Origin: a virus | Lineage: Duplodnaviria; Heunggongvirae; Uroviricota; Caudoviricetes | DNA length: 64,000 nt | Virus record (IMG/VR): IMGVR_UViG_3300017987_000047 | Direction: 5' to 3' (one strand) | Part shown: piece by piece, positions 1 to 9,776 of the stretch | Position numbering within the stretch: position 1 is the stretch's first letter | Layout: the number at the start of each line of letters is the position of its first letter | The notes under the pieces: generated by a model | Database searches by the model: none | What the model saw: the letters and a program-made list of their open reading frames with translations, nothing else | Told to the model about the DNA's origin: nothing | Translations under genes and position numbers: made by a program

Positions 1-324
1 ATTAACAACCTCGGAATTTTGCTCAAGGCTAGCTAATTTGCGAGAGAGGCTTTCAAAAAAAACTAGACGAACATCTAAAAAGTAATACCTCTTAGGGGGT
101 CATCCTTTGAATCCCTACCTTATATTATATATATTATAAGCGTCATTAAAAACATAATAATTTCGAAAGCTTTTGGAGATATTGATCTCGCCCTTGAATT
201 TTCTAGAGAGAAAAACCCTTCTTTATTCAATTCGCCTTATCGATGGTATCCTTTTTTAACTAATACCTTTCCAGGGATTCGGATCTTAGCCAGAAAACTA
301 ATCGGGAATTAATTAAAATTCCTA

Positions 325-351
325 CGTTTTTCAATTTAATTCCGCTATATT
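325..351 (+). promoter_or_regulatory. putative phage promoter, CG-N5-CAA-N11-TATATT
   Basis: cg-ttttt-caa-tttaattccgc-tatatt; same spacing recurs in several intergenic gaps. Confidence 0.55.
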
Positions 352-372
352 TTTTAAGGTAGCAGTTTTAAT

Positions 373-1443
373 TTGCCGGAGAGATTAATGAGTTCTATAA
401 ATTTAGAAAAAAAAGAAAGACTTCCTCTTCCTCCTTCAAACTATATCCAAAAAATTAAGCGGCTAAAAGCAGGGAAAAAAGTTAATATAAAGCTCCTCTT
501 AAAACGTCATACTTTATCTAGCGATCAAATACTCGGGTTTCTTGAAATCCAGCAGCAAGCTTTTATTGAGGAATTTGCTGCCTATGCTAAAACGGATTCT
601 TACGATGGAAGGGTAGCTCTAAAGTTTTATCTTGCAGGGACACTCCAGGACTTAAGTCCCTACAATACCTGGGAATACATTTTCAAAAACTTCCAACTAT
701 TGCCCACGCACCATAAGTTAGAGCAACTTCAGAAAATGCTAGCAGCGGCTAAGGCACATATTAAGAACAAGTATAGTTATACAGCAGACAAAGCTAAGGC
801 CCGTCTTACTGTTATTACCTATTGGTATCCTGATTTACTTAATCAGGGGATGATAGAAGAATACCTAGAGCTGGGGCTAGCGATTGGGAATCCTCTAAAT
901 TATAGTGGCGAAACCTTAAAATCTTATATAAAGAACCTCAAAAACTTCCGAGTAAGTTATGATATATCTGAAGAGACCCTCAAAAGCTTTGCGGAGTCCC
1001 TAGCCAACCAAGGAACGGACTTTATTGAAGGCTGTTTAGAAGAGGGCGCAATTCCTTCCGATATTCTAAAATTCCGAAGGACATTATCCCCAAAAGAAAT
1101 ATCATTATTATTAAAAAGCACCTGGTGGGAGGAGAGGCGAACGTTTGAGGGAACAGTTTGCAATTCAATGTACTATTCCCCTCTAGATAGGCTGTTGGAG
1201 CAACCCTTAGAAAAAGAACAGTTTAACGAAATTTTATGTTCCTACATAATGGAAAAGAAGGAGGAATCAAGAATACAGTTAAGTGCGCATTCAACTGTTC
1301 AAGTGCTTTACCACCTTGATCGGACAAATTTAACCAAGCTTTTAACTCATAAAGATCCGAGCTTGCGTAAAGCCGCTAAGTTTTTCTACGAGAAATGTCC
1401 TGAAAAAGAGGACCTCGCAAAACTCTTGGAAGGGGGTTCGTAA
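373..1443 (+). CDS. hypothetical helical protein with C-terminal LTH-R-AK motif
   Basis: 356-aa ORF; LLTHKDPSLRKAAK encoded at 1339-1380. Confidence 0.8.
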   Translation: MPERLMSSINLEKKERLPLPPSNYIQKIKRLKAGKKVNIKLLLKRHTLSSDQILGFLEIQQQAFIEEFAAYAKTDSYDGRVALKFYLAGTLQDLSPYNTWEYIFKNFQLLPTHHKLEQLQKMLAAAKAHIKNKYSYTADKAKARLTVITYWYPDLLNQGMIEEYLELGLAIGNPLNYSGETLKSYIKNLKNFRVSYDISEETLKSFAESLANQGTDFIEGCLEEGAIPSDILKFRRTLSPKEISLLLKSTWWEERRTFEGTVCNSMYYSPLDRLLEQPLEKEQFNEILCSYIMEKKEESRIQLSAHSTVQVLYHLDRTNLTKLLTHKDPSLRKAAKFFYEKCPEKEDLAKLLEGGS

Positions 1444-1566
1444 TATCGGGGAACAGTTCGGAAAAACTCTTACTGGTTTTTAATTTTTATTCGTTTTTCT
1501 AGGGTATTCCTTATTATAATGGGAAGCCCACACTTGGTTGGTTCCGTTACAAAAGGAGAATGTAAC

Positions 1567-2265
1567 ATGGCACGTAAGAAGAGCAAGAAGGCTGCAAGCA
1601 AAAAGGCATCGCGGAAGAACGCAACGGCAGTCGAGGTTGAAGAAAAAACGGAGGAAGTGGACGAGGACCAAGAAGTCCTAGAGGCCATCAAGAAGGCCGA
1701 GGAGGCTGTGGAGAAGTCCGAAGCTCGGAAGGTTGAAGACCTTGATGAGGTCGAGGAGACTGAAGCAGAGGTCGAGGAGGCTGAAGCAGAGGTCGAGGAG
1801 GCTGAAGCAGAGGTCGAGGAGGCTGAAGCAGAGGTCGAGACTGAGCCAGAGGAGGAGCTTGAGCCAGAGGAGGAGCTTGAAGCAATCAGCGAAATCGAGG
1901 AGGAAATTGACGGTGTCGCTTCCGATAAGGAAACTGACGAGGACACCATCGGGATCACCGAGATGAGCCAGCTTCTCCAGCGGAGTGAGATGCGTTGCAA
2001 GAAGTTCTGCCGGGATGAGCTTTCCAAGAACGATGGCGCGAAGAAGGAAGGCGGGAGTTGGAAGATTAGCCGCAAAGCGGTTGAGGAACTGAGCACGCAA
2101 ATCGAGCGTTATACGCTTACCCTCGAGGATGTCGCCAAGCGGCTGGAGCTCAGCGAGAAGGAAGTCCAGGAGCTAATTGACGCTGGAACGCTCAAGGCCG
2201 AAACGAAGGAAGATAAGACGCTTATCAGCAAGAAGAGCGTGTCTTTCTTCCAGAAGGGCAGCTAA
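1567..2265 (+). CDS. basic N-tail + Glu-rich repeat + two excisionase/MerR-like HTH domains (DNA-binding protein)
   Basis: AGGAGA SD before ATG 1567; ITEMSQLLQRSE..WKISRKAV and LTLEDVAKRLELSEKEVQELIDAGTLKA resemble HTH_17; GC-rich codons. Confidence 0.7.
   Translation: MARKKSKKAASKKASRKNATAVEVEEKTEEVDEDQEVLEAIKKAEEAVEKSEARKVEDLDEVEETEAEVEEAEAEVEEAEAEVEEAEAEVETEPEEELEPEEELEAISEIEEEIDGVASDKETDEDTIGITEMSQLLQRSEMRCKKFCRDELSKNDGAKKEGGSWKISRKAVEELSTQIERYTLTLEDVAKRLELSEKEVQELIDAGTLKAETKEDKTLISKKSVSFFQKGS
1747..1880 (+). repeat. 21-bp coding tandem repeat (EAEVEEA x~4) plus 18-bp EPEEEL x2
   Basis: gaggtcgaggaggctgaagca units; gagccagaggaggagctt twice. Confidence 0.9.
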
Positions 2266-2320
2266 ATCCTTCCATCCGCAAAATAGAATCAGCATCTTTT
2301 GGTTTAAGGATTTAGCGTCT

Positions 2321-2419
2321 ATGGGAACCCGTAAAACTAATATGAGTATCCAATCTCTGAAACGCAAGCTAGAAAAAACAAAAAAGGGTTCAAAAACTAA
2401 GAACCAAAAAAAGAGATAG
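2321..2419 (+). CDS. 32-aa Lys/Arg-rich peptide
   Basis: TAAGGA upstream of ATG; MGTRKTNMSIQSLKRKLEKTKKGSKTKNQKKR; lies just before a terminator. Confidence 0.4.
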   Translation: MGTRKTNMSIQSLKRKLEKTKKGSKTKNQKKR

Positions 2420-2439
2420 CAGGCGTTTAGAGTGGGAGG

Positions 2440-2473
2440 AAAAGGGGGCACAAATTGTGCCCCCTTTTTCTTT
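2440..2473 (+). terminator. intrinsic terminator
   Basis: aaaagggggcacaa-a-ttgtgccccctttt followed by T-rich run. Confidence 0.85.
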
Positions 2474-2595
2474 CGTTTGGTTTTTTCTTGGTTTTCCCTC
2501 GTTAAACTTTTAGCTTTCCTCCTATAATTATACCAGGTAGTTAATCCCTGGGCAGAAGCTCCGCGCAACTCTAACAGCCCTTAAAGGAAAAAGAA

Positions 2596-2916
2596 ATGGC
2601 TAAAGCCTGGGAAGAGGTTGAGTTTGAGGAAGTATCGGCAAGACTAACTTCTAATAGCCGTGATTCCCGGAATATCGCAAAAGCCGTAATTACGTTTATA
2701 CGAAACAAGAGCGAGGAGAAGCCAGTTATCCAAACTAAGGGAGGGAATATTCATGTGAAAACATACTCCACTTCCCTTTTAATTGTTCGGCCAGAATCAG
2801 GGGATCTCGTTACTCTAATTATCGCGAAAGCCAATAAACCTCTAGGGGAGGTTCATAACGTAATTCCGTCTTCCCTTTCCCTAAAAGTTTCCGAGATTTT
2901 AAAACAATGGGTATAG
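2596..2916 (+). CDS. hypothetical protein
   Basis: ORF with AAGGA SD. Confidence 0.7.
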   Translation: MAKAWEEVEFEEVSARLTSNSRDSRNIAKAVITFIRNKSEEKPVIQTKGGNIHVKTYSTSLLIVRPESGDLVTLIIAKANKPLGEVHNVIPSSLSLKVSEILKQWV

Positions 2917-3143
2917 TTATTTTTATTATCTTTCCCATTTTTGTAGCTTACTTTGCTATAGGGTCAGGGATTCTTGCGCTTCTTATTACTCAACGATATA
3001 AAGTTTGGGAAGAAAAGAATTTCCAGATTCGAAGGAATCAGGAAATTTCGAAAAAAGAAAAAGAAAAACTTCTTAAGAAAAATACACACCCCTCTCAACT
3101 TCCGAAACCTGTGTGGTGGAAAATACTAAATCCTTTTGTATGA
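2907..3143 (+). CDS. small membrane protein
   Basis: N-terminal hydrophobic helix; overlaps neighbours in operon fashion. Confidence 0.65.
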   Translation: MGIVIFIIFPIFVAYFAIGSGILALLITQRYKVWEEKNFQIRRNQEISKKEKEKLLKKNTHPSQLPKPVWWKILNPFV

Positions 3144-4282
3144 AACCGATTAAAGTTAAATTAAATGTTCCTTCGGGAAAGATTGTTTTCGAAAACGATC
3201 TAAGAGATTATTTCCCGATTGCGGGGGACACAGACCCCGAGGATTTATTTTTAAATAACTATTTCCTTGCAAAACAATACGCAAACGCAGGAATGGTACA
3301 TTTCTACGTCGGAAATACCTCTCCTTGTGTGCGACAATACTCAAAGAAAAAGTTACAAGTTGCGCAGAAAAAAACTGGGAAAAGCCTCGGAGTTATTTAT
3401 ACCAATTTGTGGTGGTATTGCGCGGCAGACTATGATGAGCTTGCAAAACGGCTTGACGTTAAAAAATTTAAGGACAACCCCAGTTTTATTATTGCCGATG
3501 TAGAACCTGGCGTTTACGAGTTTTCATATTTAACAGAAACTTTTAATAAGATAAGGGACTATTCTGAAACGAATCTAATTTTTACTGAAATTAAATGGTT
3601 GAGCCCTCCTGGTCCCATCATCGATTTTCGTGCCGGGTATGAGCAACTTAATTTTACAGCTGGGCAAATCGCTTATAGAGAAATGACTGATTGGCCGGGG
3701 CTCTATAAACATCGGGGCGAAGCTGAAAAAGCAATACCAGAAATTTTTCATAGTGGTGGCAAAATAAACCATGTTGCCTTTGAGGAGGAATGCACAAGAA
3801 TTAGAAGGTTGCATGCTGATTTCCCAATAAAAGCTCTCACAAAAGACGAATTAAAGTTTTCTACGTGTTTCATAGCAAGAGGCGTTTTTCTAGGCGAAGA
3901 CATATCCTGGCATGAAAACGGATGGCCAATAACATGTGCCGAAATCTCTCTTCATGATCCGGATTTAGAGCTTCCCCAGTTAACACAAGCTTTTCATTGG
4001 GATTTACAAGAAGACACCCCTCTCTGGAACGCAGCAGGTCTGGGCAAAAAAGAGATAAACCTCAATCCTTCATTCCAGGCACTAGCTTTTAATGTTTGTT
4101 ATAGTGCTTTAGAGTATGGAGTTTTACAACCATCTAAGTTTGATAAAAGAATAGTTGGGGACAACGTAAAGGTTAGAGAAAGGTTTAACCGAGTTCTACT
4201 TGGATTATCCGAGAGATACCCGGATAGTATTCCATCCTTCTGCCGTGGATTAATCGAAAGGGAAAAGAAAAATGGATCTTAA
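3140..4282 (+). CDS. hypothetical protein
   Basis: long ORF; ATGA overlap with upstream stop. Confidence 0.75.
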   Translation: MKPIKVKLNVPSGKIVFENDLRDYFPIAGDTDPEDLFLNNYFLAKQYANAGMVHFYVGNTSPCVRQYSKKKLQVAQKKTGKSLGVIYTNLWWYCAADYDELAKRLDVKKFKDNPSFIIADVEPGVYEFSYLTETFNKIRDYSETNLIFTEIKWLSPPGPIIDFRAGYEQLNFTAGQIAYREMTDWPGLYKHRGEAEKAIPEIFHSGGKINHVAFEEECTRIRRLHADFPIKALTKDELKFSTCFIARGVFLGEDISWHENGWPITCAEISLHDPDLELPQLTQAFHWDLQEDTPLWNAAGLGKKEINLNPSFQALAFNVCYSALEYGVLQPSKFDKRIVGDNVKVRERFNRVLLGLSERYPDSIPSFCRGLIEREKKNGS

Positions 4283-4856
4283 TCAATTCAAGCAAACATT
4301 TGGGGACCTTAAACTTACTTTAGCCCTGGGAGATTTTGACCCTGACCAGGGAAAAATCTCTTGGGAACAGGAACTTTCGGTTGAAGAAATCTTTCAAATA
4401 CTGGAAAGAGATACTTTCCTTGATTGGGCAGATATAAAAACTCTCACAGATGTTAAGGAACGGGTGGAAAATGATTTTTGTGATGTAGCTGTTTGTTTCA
4501 TTGGGACTCCTAAAGAAGCCCAGGCTCGCAAGGAAGAAAAAGAGAGGGATCGCTTACAAAATCTTGCGGCTGAGTTCTGTGCCCAGCACAATGTCAAAAT
4601 TAACTCTCCTGAGTTTTTTGAACGGCTTGAAGGGTCTTTAGGGGCAGAAGAGGATTATCGCCACGGCCTTAAAGAAGACGGTTTATGTGCTACGGCCTAT
4701 CCTTTCTCTTCTGCTGGATACGACCAATGGAATGAGATGAATGACATGTCTCGCGGCCGCGAGGCCTCTCTTCAAGAATTATGGGACCACATCGTTGAAA
4801 CTTATCCCTTAACGTTCCTTGCCTACCAAGAGCAGATTGCAAGAGAAAATGTCTAG
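4272..4856 (+). CDS. hypothetical protein
   Basis: 194-aa ORF in operon. Confidence 0.7.
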   Translation: MDLNQFKQTFGDLKLTLALGDFDPDQGKISWEQELSVEEIFQILERDTFLDWADIKTLTDVKERVENDFCDVAVCFIGTPKEAQARKEEKERDRLQNLAAEFCAQHNVKINSPEFFERLEGSLGAEEDYRHGLKEDGLCATAYPFSSAGYDQWNEMNDMSRGREASLQELWDHIVETYPLTFLAYQEQIARENV

Positions 4857-5430
4857 GACAAAAACAATCATCACGAATTTTAGGGAGTTAATAGAAAAAC
4901 GCCCTGACCTAAAAAAAGAACTTAAAACATTATCAAAAGAAGACCTTTTTAGTATAATAACTGAGCGAGAACATTTGTTTGTCGGATCACCTTCGACGAT
5001 CCTTTCGGGTTTAAGGAAAGAAAAAGGGATTTACATTGAAAAACTTAAACCTTTTTCACTTATAACGCCTTTTCAGGAATCCTGTTATTATTCTGGTATC
5101 TATTTCCTTGGTTCCTCTAGGTATGCTCTAATTCCAACCTCTTCTGGTGATTCTAGATTTCTTGATCTGAGCCTTAAGAAAGTAGAAAAATGTCCTGCGG
5201 GGGTTGAAGATTTAATTGAAGATTTAGAATGCTGCTTTAGGGCAACGGTTCGCGAAACCGAGGAGTTCCTAACTTCAGAGATTCCTCAGCTACAAGCGTT
5301 GGCAAAACTTGTTCAGGGTTACAAATTTTCGGTATACTGGGGTTTGATAAAATCGCGTGCGACCCTTGACACCTATGCGGCTTTTCAGGGAAAATTCAGC
5401 TATAAACTAAAACAAAGGACGCGAAAATGA
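4849..5430 (+). CDS. hypothetical protein with degenerate LTH-R-AK motif
   Basis: FLTSEIPQLQALAK. Confidence 0.7.
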   Translation: MSRTKTIITNFRELIEKRPDLKKELKTLSKEDLFSIITEREHLFVGSPSTILSGLRKEKGIYIEKLKPFSLITPFQESCYYSGIYFLGSSRYALIPTSSGDSRFLDLSLKKVEKCPAGVEDLIEDLECCFRATVRETEEFLTSEIPQLQALAKLVQGYKFSVYWGLIKSRATLDTYAAFQGKFSYKLKQRTRK

Positions 5431-6062
5431 GACTCTACCCAAAAATAGATGGACCTACTTCTGGTCCTCTTGGAAAGCAGATGATTGCTTTCTATAAATA
5501 CGATGGTTCTAATTTGAGATTTGAGTGGGACAGAAGGAAACGAAAGAAGAAAAAAGAGGGGTGGTGTAAATTCGGAACCCGAACTCAACTTTTTGACGAA
5601 TCCCACCCGGTCTTTGGCGAAGCAATCCCAGTCTTTTTCGAAACTTATGCCGAGGATTTAGAGAAAATCTTCTTAGATAAATATCGGGATATTAAAAAGA
5701 TAACTGCCTTTGCTGAGTTCTTTGGCCCTAATTCTTTCGCCGGTTGGCACGATCCAAAGGATGCTAAAGAATTAATGTTATTTGATATTCATCTCGATAA
5801 AAAAGGTTTTCTTCCTCCTGGGGAATTTGTGAAAAATTTCGGGCACTTGAAATCCGCACAAATTGTTTATTCTGGAAATCTAAATAAAGAGTTTATCCAG
5901 AGTGTTAGAGATAATAAATTCAATCTTTTTGAAGGGGTTGTATGTAAAGGGGGAAACCGCCCGGCACAAATCTGGCGGTGTAAAATTAAAACGAGTGAGT
6001 ACTTAAAAACTCTGAAGGAACGTTTCTCAAAGGATTGGGAAAAACATTGGGATAACGCTTAA
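5427..6062 (+). CDS. RNA ligase-like covalent nucleotidyltransferase (Rnl2-type adenylation domain)
   Basis: motif I KYDGSN, AEFFG, LFDI, EGVV, KIK. Confidence 0.75.
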   Translation: MRLYPKIDGPTSGPLGKQMIAFYKYDGSNLRFEWDRRKRKKKKEGWCKFGTRTQLFDESHPVFGEAIPVFFETYAEDLEKIFLDKYRDIKKITAFAEFFGPNSFAGWHDPKDAKELMLFDIHLDKKGFLPPGEFVKNFGHLKSAQIVYSGNLNKEFIQSVRDNKFNLFEGVVCKGGNRPAQIWRCKIKTSEYLKTLKERFSKDWEKHWDNA

Positions 6063-6076
6063 AATTAAAAGTCTAA

Positions 6077-6103
6077 CGAAGTTCAAAAAGATTTCGCTAT
6101 ATT
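6077..6103 (+). promoter_or_regulatory. putative phage promoter, CG-N5-CAA-N11-TATATT
   Basis: cg-aagtt-caa-aaagatttcgc-tatatt. Confidence 0.55.
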
Positions 6104-6174
6104 TTTATTAGCGAATAAAATAGGAGTGCCCAATATCTTTGGGCTTTGTAGTCACGCAACCAGAGGAGCAGAGA

Positions 6175-7380
6175 ATGTTCAACTCATTCGACAGAGCGGT
6201 TAACGGGCTGATTTGCCAGGAGCCTTTTTATGGGCACCTAATCGCTCAGATGAATAAGATTTGCACAGAGAAGATTCCTACGATGGGGGTTGGCCTGCGT
6301 GGATCGAAAATCGAGTTGTTTTGGAATCCTAAGTTTTTTGGAACGATGAAAAAGTTCGACCATAAGCTAGCGATTCTCAAGCACGAGATCCTGCATATTA
6401 TCCTGCAGCATATCACACGCGGCGTCTCAATGCGGGATAAGCAGCGAGCAAACATCGCTATGGATCTGGTCGTCAACCAAATTATAGGGGAAGATCAGCT
6501 TCCGAAGGACGAAGGGCATAAGGGAACTTATATCCGGGAGTTCCAAGGAAAGTATGGGGCAGAGAATTTCCCAACAAACGAAACGGTTGACTTCTACTAT
6601 AAGAAGTTGAAGGATGTCTCCAACGAGGACTTGGGAATGGCACCCGAGCACCATTGGGTTATTGTCGGGGATGGCGAGGGGGATAGCGAAGGCGAGGGGA
6701 TGAAGATGAAGGTCATTTCAGACCAAAATCTCTCCGACGCACAAAAGACCATGCTGGAGGCTCAAGCAAAAGAAATGGTCGAACGCGCAAAATCCCAAGC
6801 GAGCGATTCCTGGGGTAACCTGCCAGGGAATCTCAAGTCGTTGCTGGATGATCTACTCTCAAAGCAAAAGCCGCAATTGCCGTGGAAGGTTATCCTTAAG
6901 CGGTTTGTTGCAAAGGCAAATAAGTCCTGCACAACTTTCACGATGAAACGTTTCTCCCGGCGTTTCGGTGTGCGGCCTGGCCTGAAAAAGCAGCAGAAAT
7001 TGCATCTCCTACTGGCGGTGGATACCTCGGGGTCAGTCGCGGATGATCAATACGTTGCATTCTTTGGGGAGATTAACGGGATGCATCGGGCTGGGTGCGA
7101 TGTTACAGTGGCAGAGTGTGACCACGGCATCCAAGCGGTTTACCCCTATAAGCCCAAGATGAAGCTTGAGCGGTCGGGGTATGGGGGCACTTCGTTTGAC
7201 CCGGTATTCTCTTGGGTCAACGAGGAGAGAATGGCCCGTAAGATTGATGCTATTCTCTATCTCACGGATGGCTACGCTTGCGAACCGACAATCAAGGTTA
7301 AGGTCCCGGTACTGTTTGTCTTGACAACCGATGGCGCAAAGGTACCAGGGTTTAAGAACCTCGTCCTGCCGAACGTTTAG
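6175..7380 (+). CDS. DUF2201-type metallopeptidase (HEXXH) + vWA protein
   Basis: HEILH, NIAMDLVVNQ, MIDAS DTSGS, GGTSF, YLTDG; GAGGAG SD. Confidence 0.85.
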   Translation: MFNSFDRAVNGLICQEPFYGHLIAQMNKICTEKIPTMGVGLRGSKIELFWNPKFFGTMKKFDHKLAILKHEILHIILQHITRGVSMRDKQRANIAMDLVVNQIIGEDQLPKDEGHKGTYIREFQGKYGAENFPTNETVDFYYKKLKDVSNEDLGMAPEHHWVIVGDGEGDSEGEGMKMKVISDQNLSDAQKTMLEAQAKEMVERAKSQASDSWGNLPGNLKSLLDDLLSKQKPQLPWKVILKRFVAKANKSCTTFTMKRFSRRFGVRPGLKKQQKLHLLLAVDTSGSVADDQYVAFFGEINGMHRAGCDVTVAECDHGIQAVYPYKPKMKLERSGYGGTSFDPVFSWVNEERMARKIDAILYLTDGYACEPTIKVKVPVLFVLTTDGAKVPGFKNLVLPNV

Positions 7381-7436
7381 GCAACCCATTATATAATATA
7401 AGGTATAGGCTCAAGCGCACTTTTAGGAGATCCTCC

Positions 7437-9743
7437 GTGAGACTTAAAAAAGAAGACAGGACATTTGTAAGCTCCGAGCCAAAAAAGAAGCAACGATTCC
7501 GGATTGGGGACGAGAGTGTTATCCTTAGGATTATCCGAGGAAAATTGTACTCGGACCCAATCCGGATCATCGTGCAAGAGTATGCATCTAATGCGAGAGA
7601 CGCACACCGGGAAGTTGGCAAAGCAGATGTCCCAATTGAAATCAAGCTTCCTAACAGGATGGAGTCAACCTTAGAGATTAGGGATTGGGGGCCGGGGATC
7701 TCTCCAGAAAGGATGGATGAGATCTTTACCCAATATGGAAAAAGCACAAAACGGGATTCCGACGAACAAACTGGGGGCTTTGGAATTGGCGCAAAATGTG
7801 CTTGGGCCTACACTGACCAATTTTCAATCACAACTACCGTCGACGGCGTCAAATACTTTTATATTGCAACCCTCGACGAACAGAGTGACGGAGCACTATT
7901 ACTCCAACATCAGGCAGAAACTGACGAACCAAACGGGACATCCATCTTAGTCCCGGTTAAGCATATGGATTTTAGAGAGTTTGAGAAAAATGCTTTTTGG
8001 GTAACTCAATATTGGGACCCAAGGCCTACAATCAAAAATTCGCAATCTTATTCTTACAACGAACCTGAAAAATCTGAAATCTTATTAGAGCATGAGCACT
8101 TCACATTATTTAATACCCGGAACTATTACGGCGGTGGAGATCAGTATGCAATCCTGGATGGTATCCCATATAAGCTAACCCAAAACTCAATTGCTGACCT
8201 AACACAAGAACAGAAACAATGTTTTAATTATCGGTTTAACTTAAAATTTAGTATTAATGATGTTACTGTTTCTGCCAATAGGGAAGCATTGTTTTATGAC
8301 GCACACACACAAAAAACAATTCGGGATGCCTTAGACTTTATTCTACAAAAAATTAAGGAACAGGCGGAAGAGATTTTATCGAATGCAAAATCTTATTGGG
8401 AAGCTTTAGAAATCTTTGCATACCTCAAGAATTCCTTTATCTATCAATATACCTTACCTAAGGCGGATTGGCGTGGTGTAAAAATAGAAGACTTTAATAT
8501 TTCTATACCGTATTCCTCGGAATGGAAAACTATAGTACACGCCACTAACTATAGGGAGTGGGAATCCGAACTAGATGGAGGAGGTAAAGAAAAATTTGAG
8601 AAGTTGAAGTTGACGGAAGTCTCTCATGGAATTACGCCGAATCGGTATTCTTCCTTACCTATAACTGCCTCAACGCTTTTTGTTTTGAACGATACTGGGA
8701 AAGAAAAACCCTGTAGAAGAAGGTTGCGAACGCTTCTTCATGAACATAAAAAGGATGACATTTTCCCAGATATCTATATTTTTACGTTTTATAAAGCTAA
8801 GCCAGGCCAAAAGGATAAGAAAAGGTGGCAGGAGGTTGAGTTTGAGTTGGGGGAAACGAAGGAAACAAAAAAATGGAAGAAAAACGTTAACTTTTCTCTC
8901 CTGAACGCAACTAAACTAAGTACGGTCGCCCCAACAAATATAAGAAGAAAATCCGGAAAATCGGGAACTAATAAATCTACTGTCGAAGCATTTTCAGTAT
9001 CAAAAATACATAGGATTAACTCAAATACTGTAGACAGATCGCCGGTTAAAGTTAATTTGAAAGAGGTGACGGGGTATTATATCCTTTACCAGGAGAAGAC
9101 TTTCTTATTGGGAACGGGAATAGACGACTCCTACAAATATGGAGCGGCAAGATCGCTCAAGGCACATTTAGACTTTATGGAGATTGATTGGACAAAAACA
9201 GGAATTTACGTTTTTCCAATTAGGTCCAAAAAGAGAGCGGTAGAATCAAAATTAAAGTCCCTTGACCTTGCCGTAAGAAGAAAGATTAAAACTTTTGATA
9301 TGACGGAGATCGCAAAATTCCAGCAGATCTCCAAGGGAAAGATAGAGTCGCATGATTTCCCAAACTGCCTTAGGACTCTTTCCCCAAGATTTGAGGAGAT
9401 AGAGGATAAAGAAAGTTCAATTTTTAAGGCTTTAAAAAGTTATAGAACGGTGCTAGCCGGAGAACGAAGGGAAGAGCCGCAAGGGTATAGTTTATATAAG
9501 CTGAGGTCTTCAGCTTTCCCAAAGTTGCCTGATCTTAAGAAGGATGATGTGGACGAAATCACAGAGGTTAGGGCTCTGATAAGGTCTTTCACCCACACTT
9601 TTCCTTTACTCTATTCTCGCTATGATTCTTATGAATCCCGTAGCACTGCTTTTGTAAGCGATGCTATCCTTTATATCAATTTGAAAAACAAACTTTTAAG
9701 AGAAGAGGAGGAAAGAAAGAAAAAGGCCGGGGGTAACGATTAA
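7437..9743 (+). CDS. rIIA: rIIA-like protein with N-terminal GHKL/Hsp90-type ATPase
   Basis: LYSDPIR..EYASNARDA, IRDWGPG, GGFGIG; directly followed by rIIB-like gene. Confidence 0.8.
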   Translation: MRLKKEDRTFVSSEPKKKQRFRIGDESVILRIIRGKLYSDPIRIIVQEYASNARDAHREVGKADVPIEIKLPNRMESTLEIRDWGPGISPERMDEIFTQYGKSTKRDSDEQTGGFGIGAKCAWAYTDQFSITTTVDGVKYFYIATLDEQSDGALLLQHQAETDEPNGTSILVPVKHMDFREFEKNAFWVTQYWDPRPTIKNSQSYSYNEPEKSEILLEHEHFTLFNTRNYYGGGDQYAILDGIPYKLTQNSIADLTQEQKQCFNYRFNLKFSINDVTVSANREALFYDAHTQKTIRDALDFILQKIKEQAEEILSNAKSYWEALEIFAYLKNSFIYQYTLPKADWRGVKIEDFNISIPYSSEWKTIVHATNYREWESELDGGGKEKFEKLKLTEVSHGITPNRYSSLPITASTLFVLNDTGKEKPCRRRLRTLLHEHKKDDIFPDIYIFTFYKAKPGQKDKKRWQEVEFELGETKETKKWKKNVNFSLLNATKLSTVAPTNIRRKSGKSGTNKSTVEAFSVSKIHRINSNTVDRSPVKVNLKEVTGYYILYQEKTFLLGTGIDDSYKYGAARSLKAHLDFMEIDWTKTGIYVFPIRSKKRAVESKLKSLDLAVRRKIKTFDMTEIAKFQQISKGKIESHDFPNCLRTLSPRFEEIEDKESSIFKALKSYRTVLAGERREEPQGYSLYKLRSSAFPKLPDLKKDDVDEITEVRALIRSFTHTFPLLYSRYDSYESRSTAFVSDAILYINLKNKLLREEEERKKKAGGND

Positions 9744-9776
9744 GCGTTTTATTTCTTTGTTACGAGGAGACGAAAA

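Noticed and set aside
1339-1380. LTH-R-AK motif as a mobile DNA repeat or a true HEAT-repeat array
   Set aside because: Nucleotide sequences differ at synonymous sites with no palindrome or target duplication, and the motif is single-copy in nearly all carriers.
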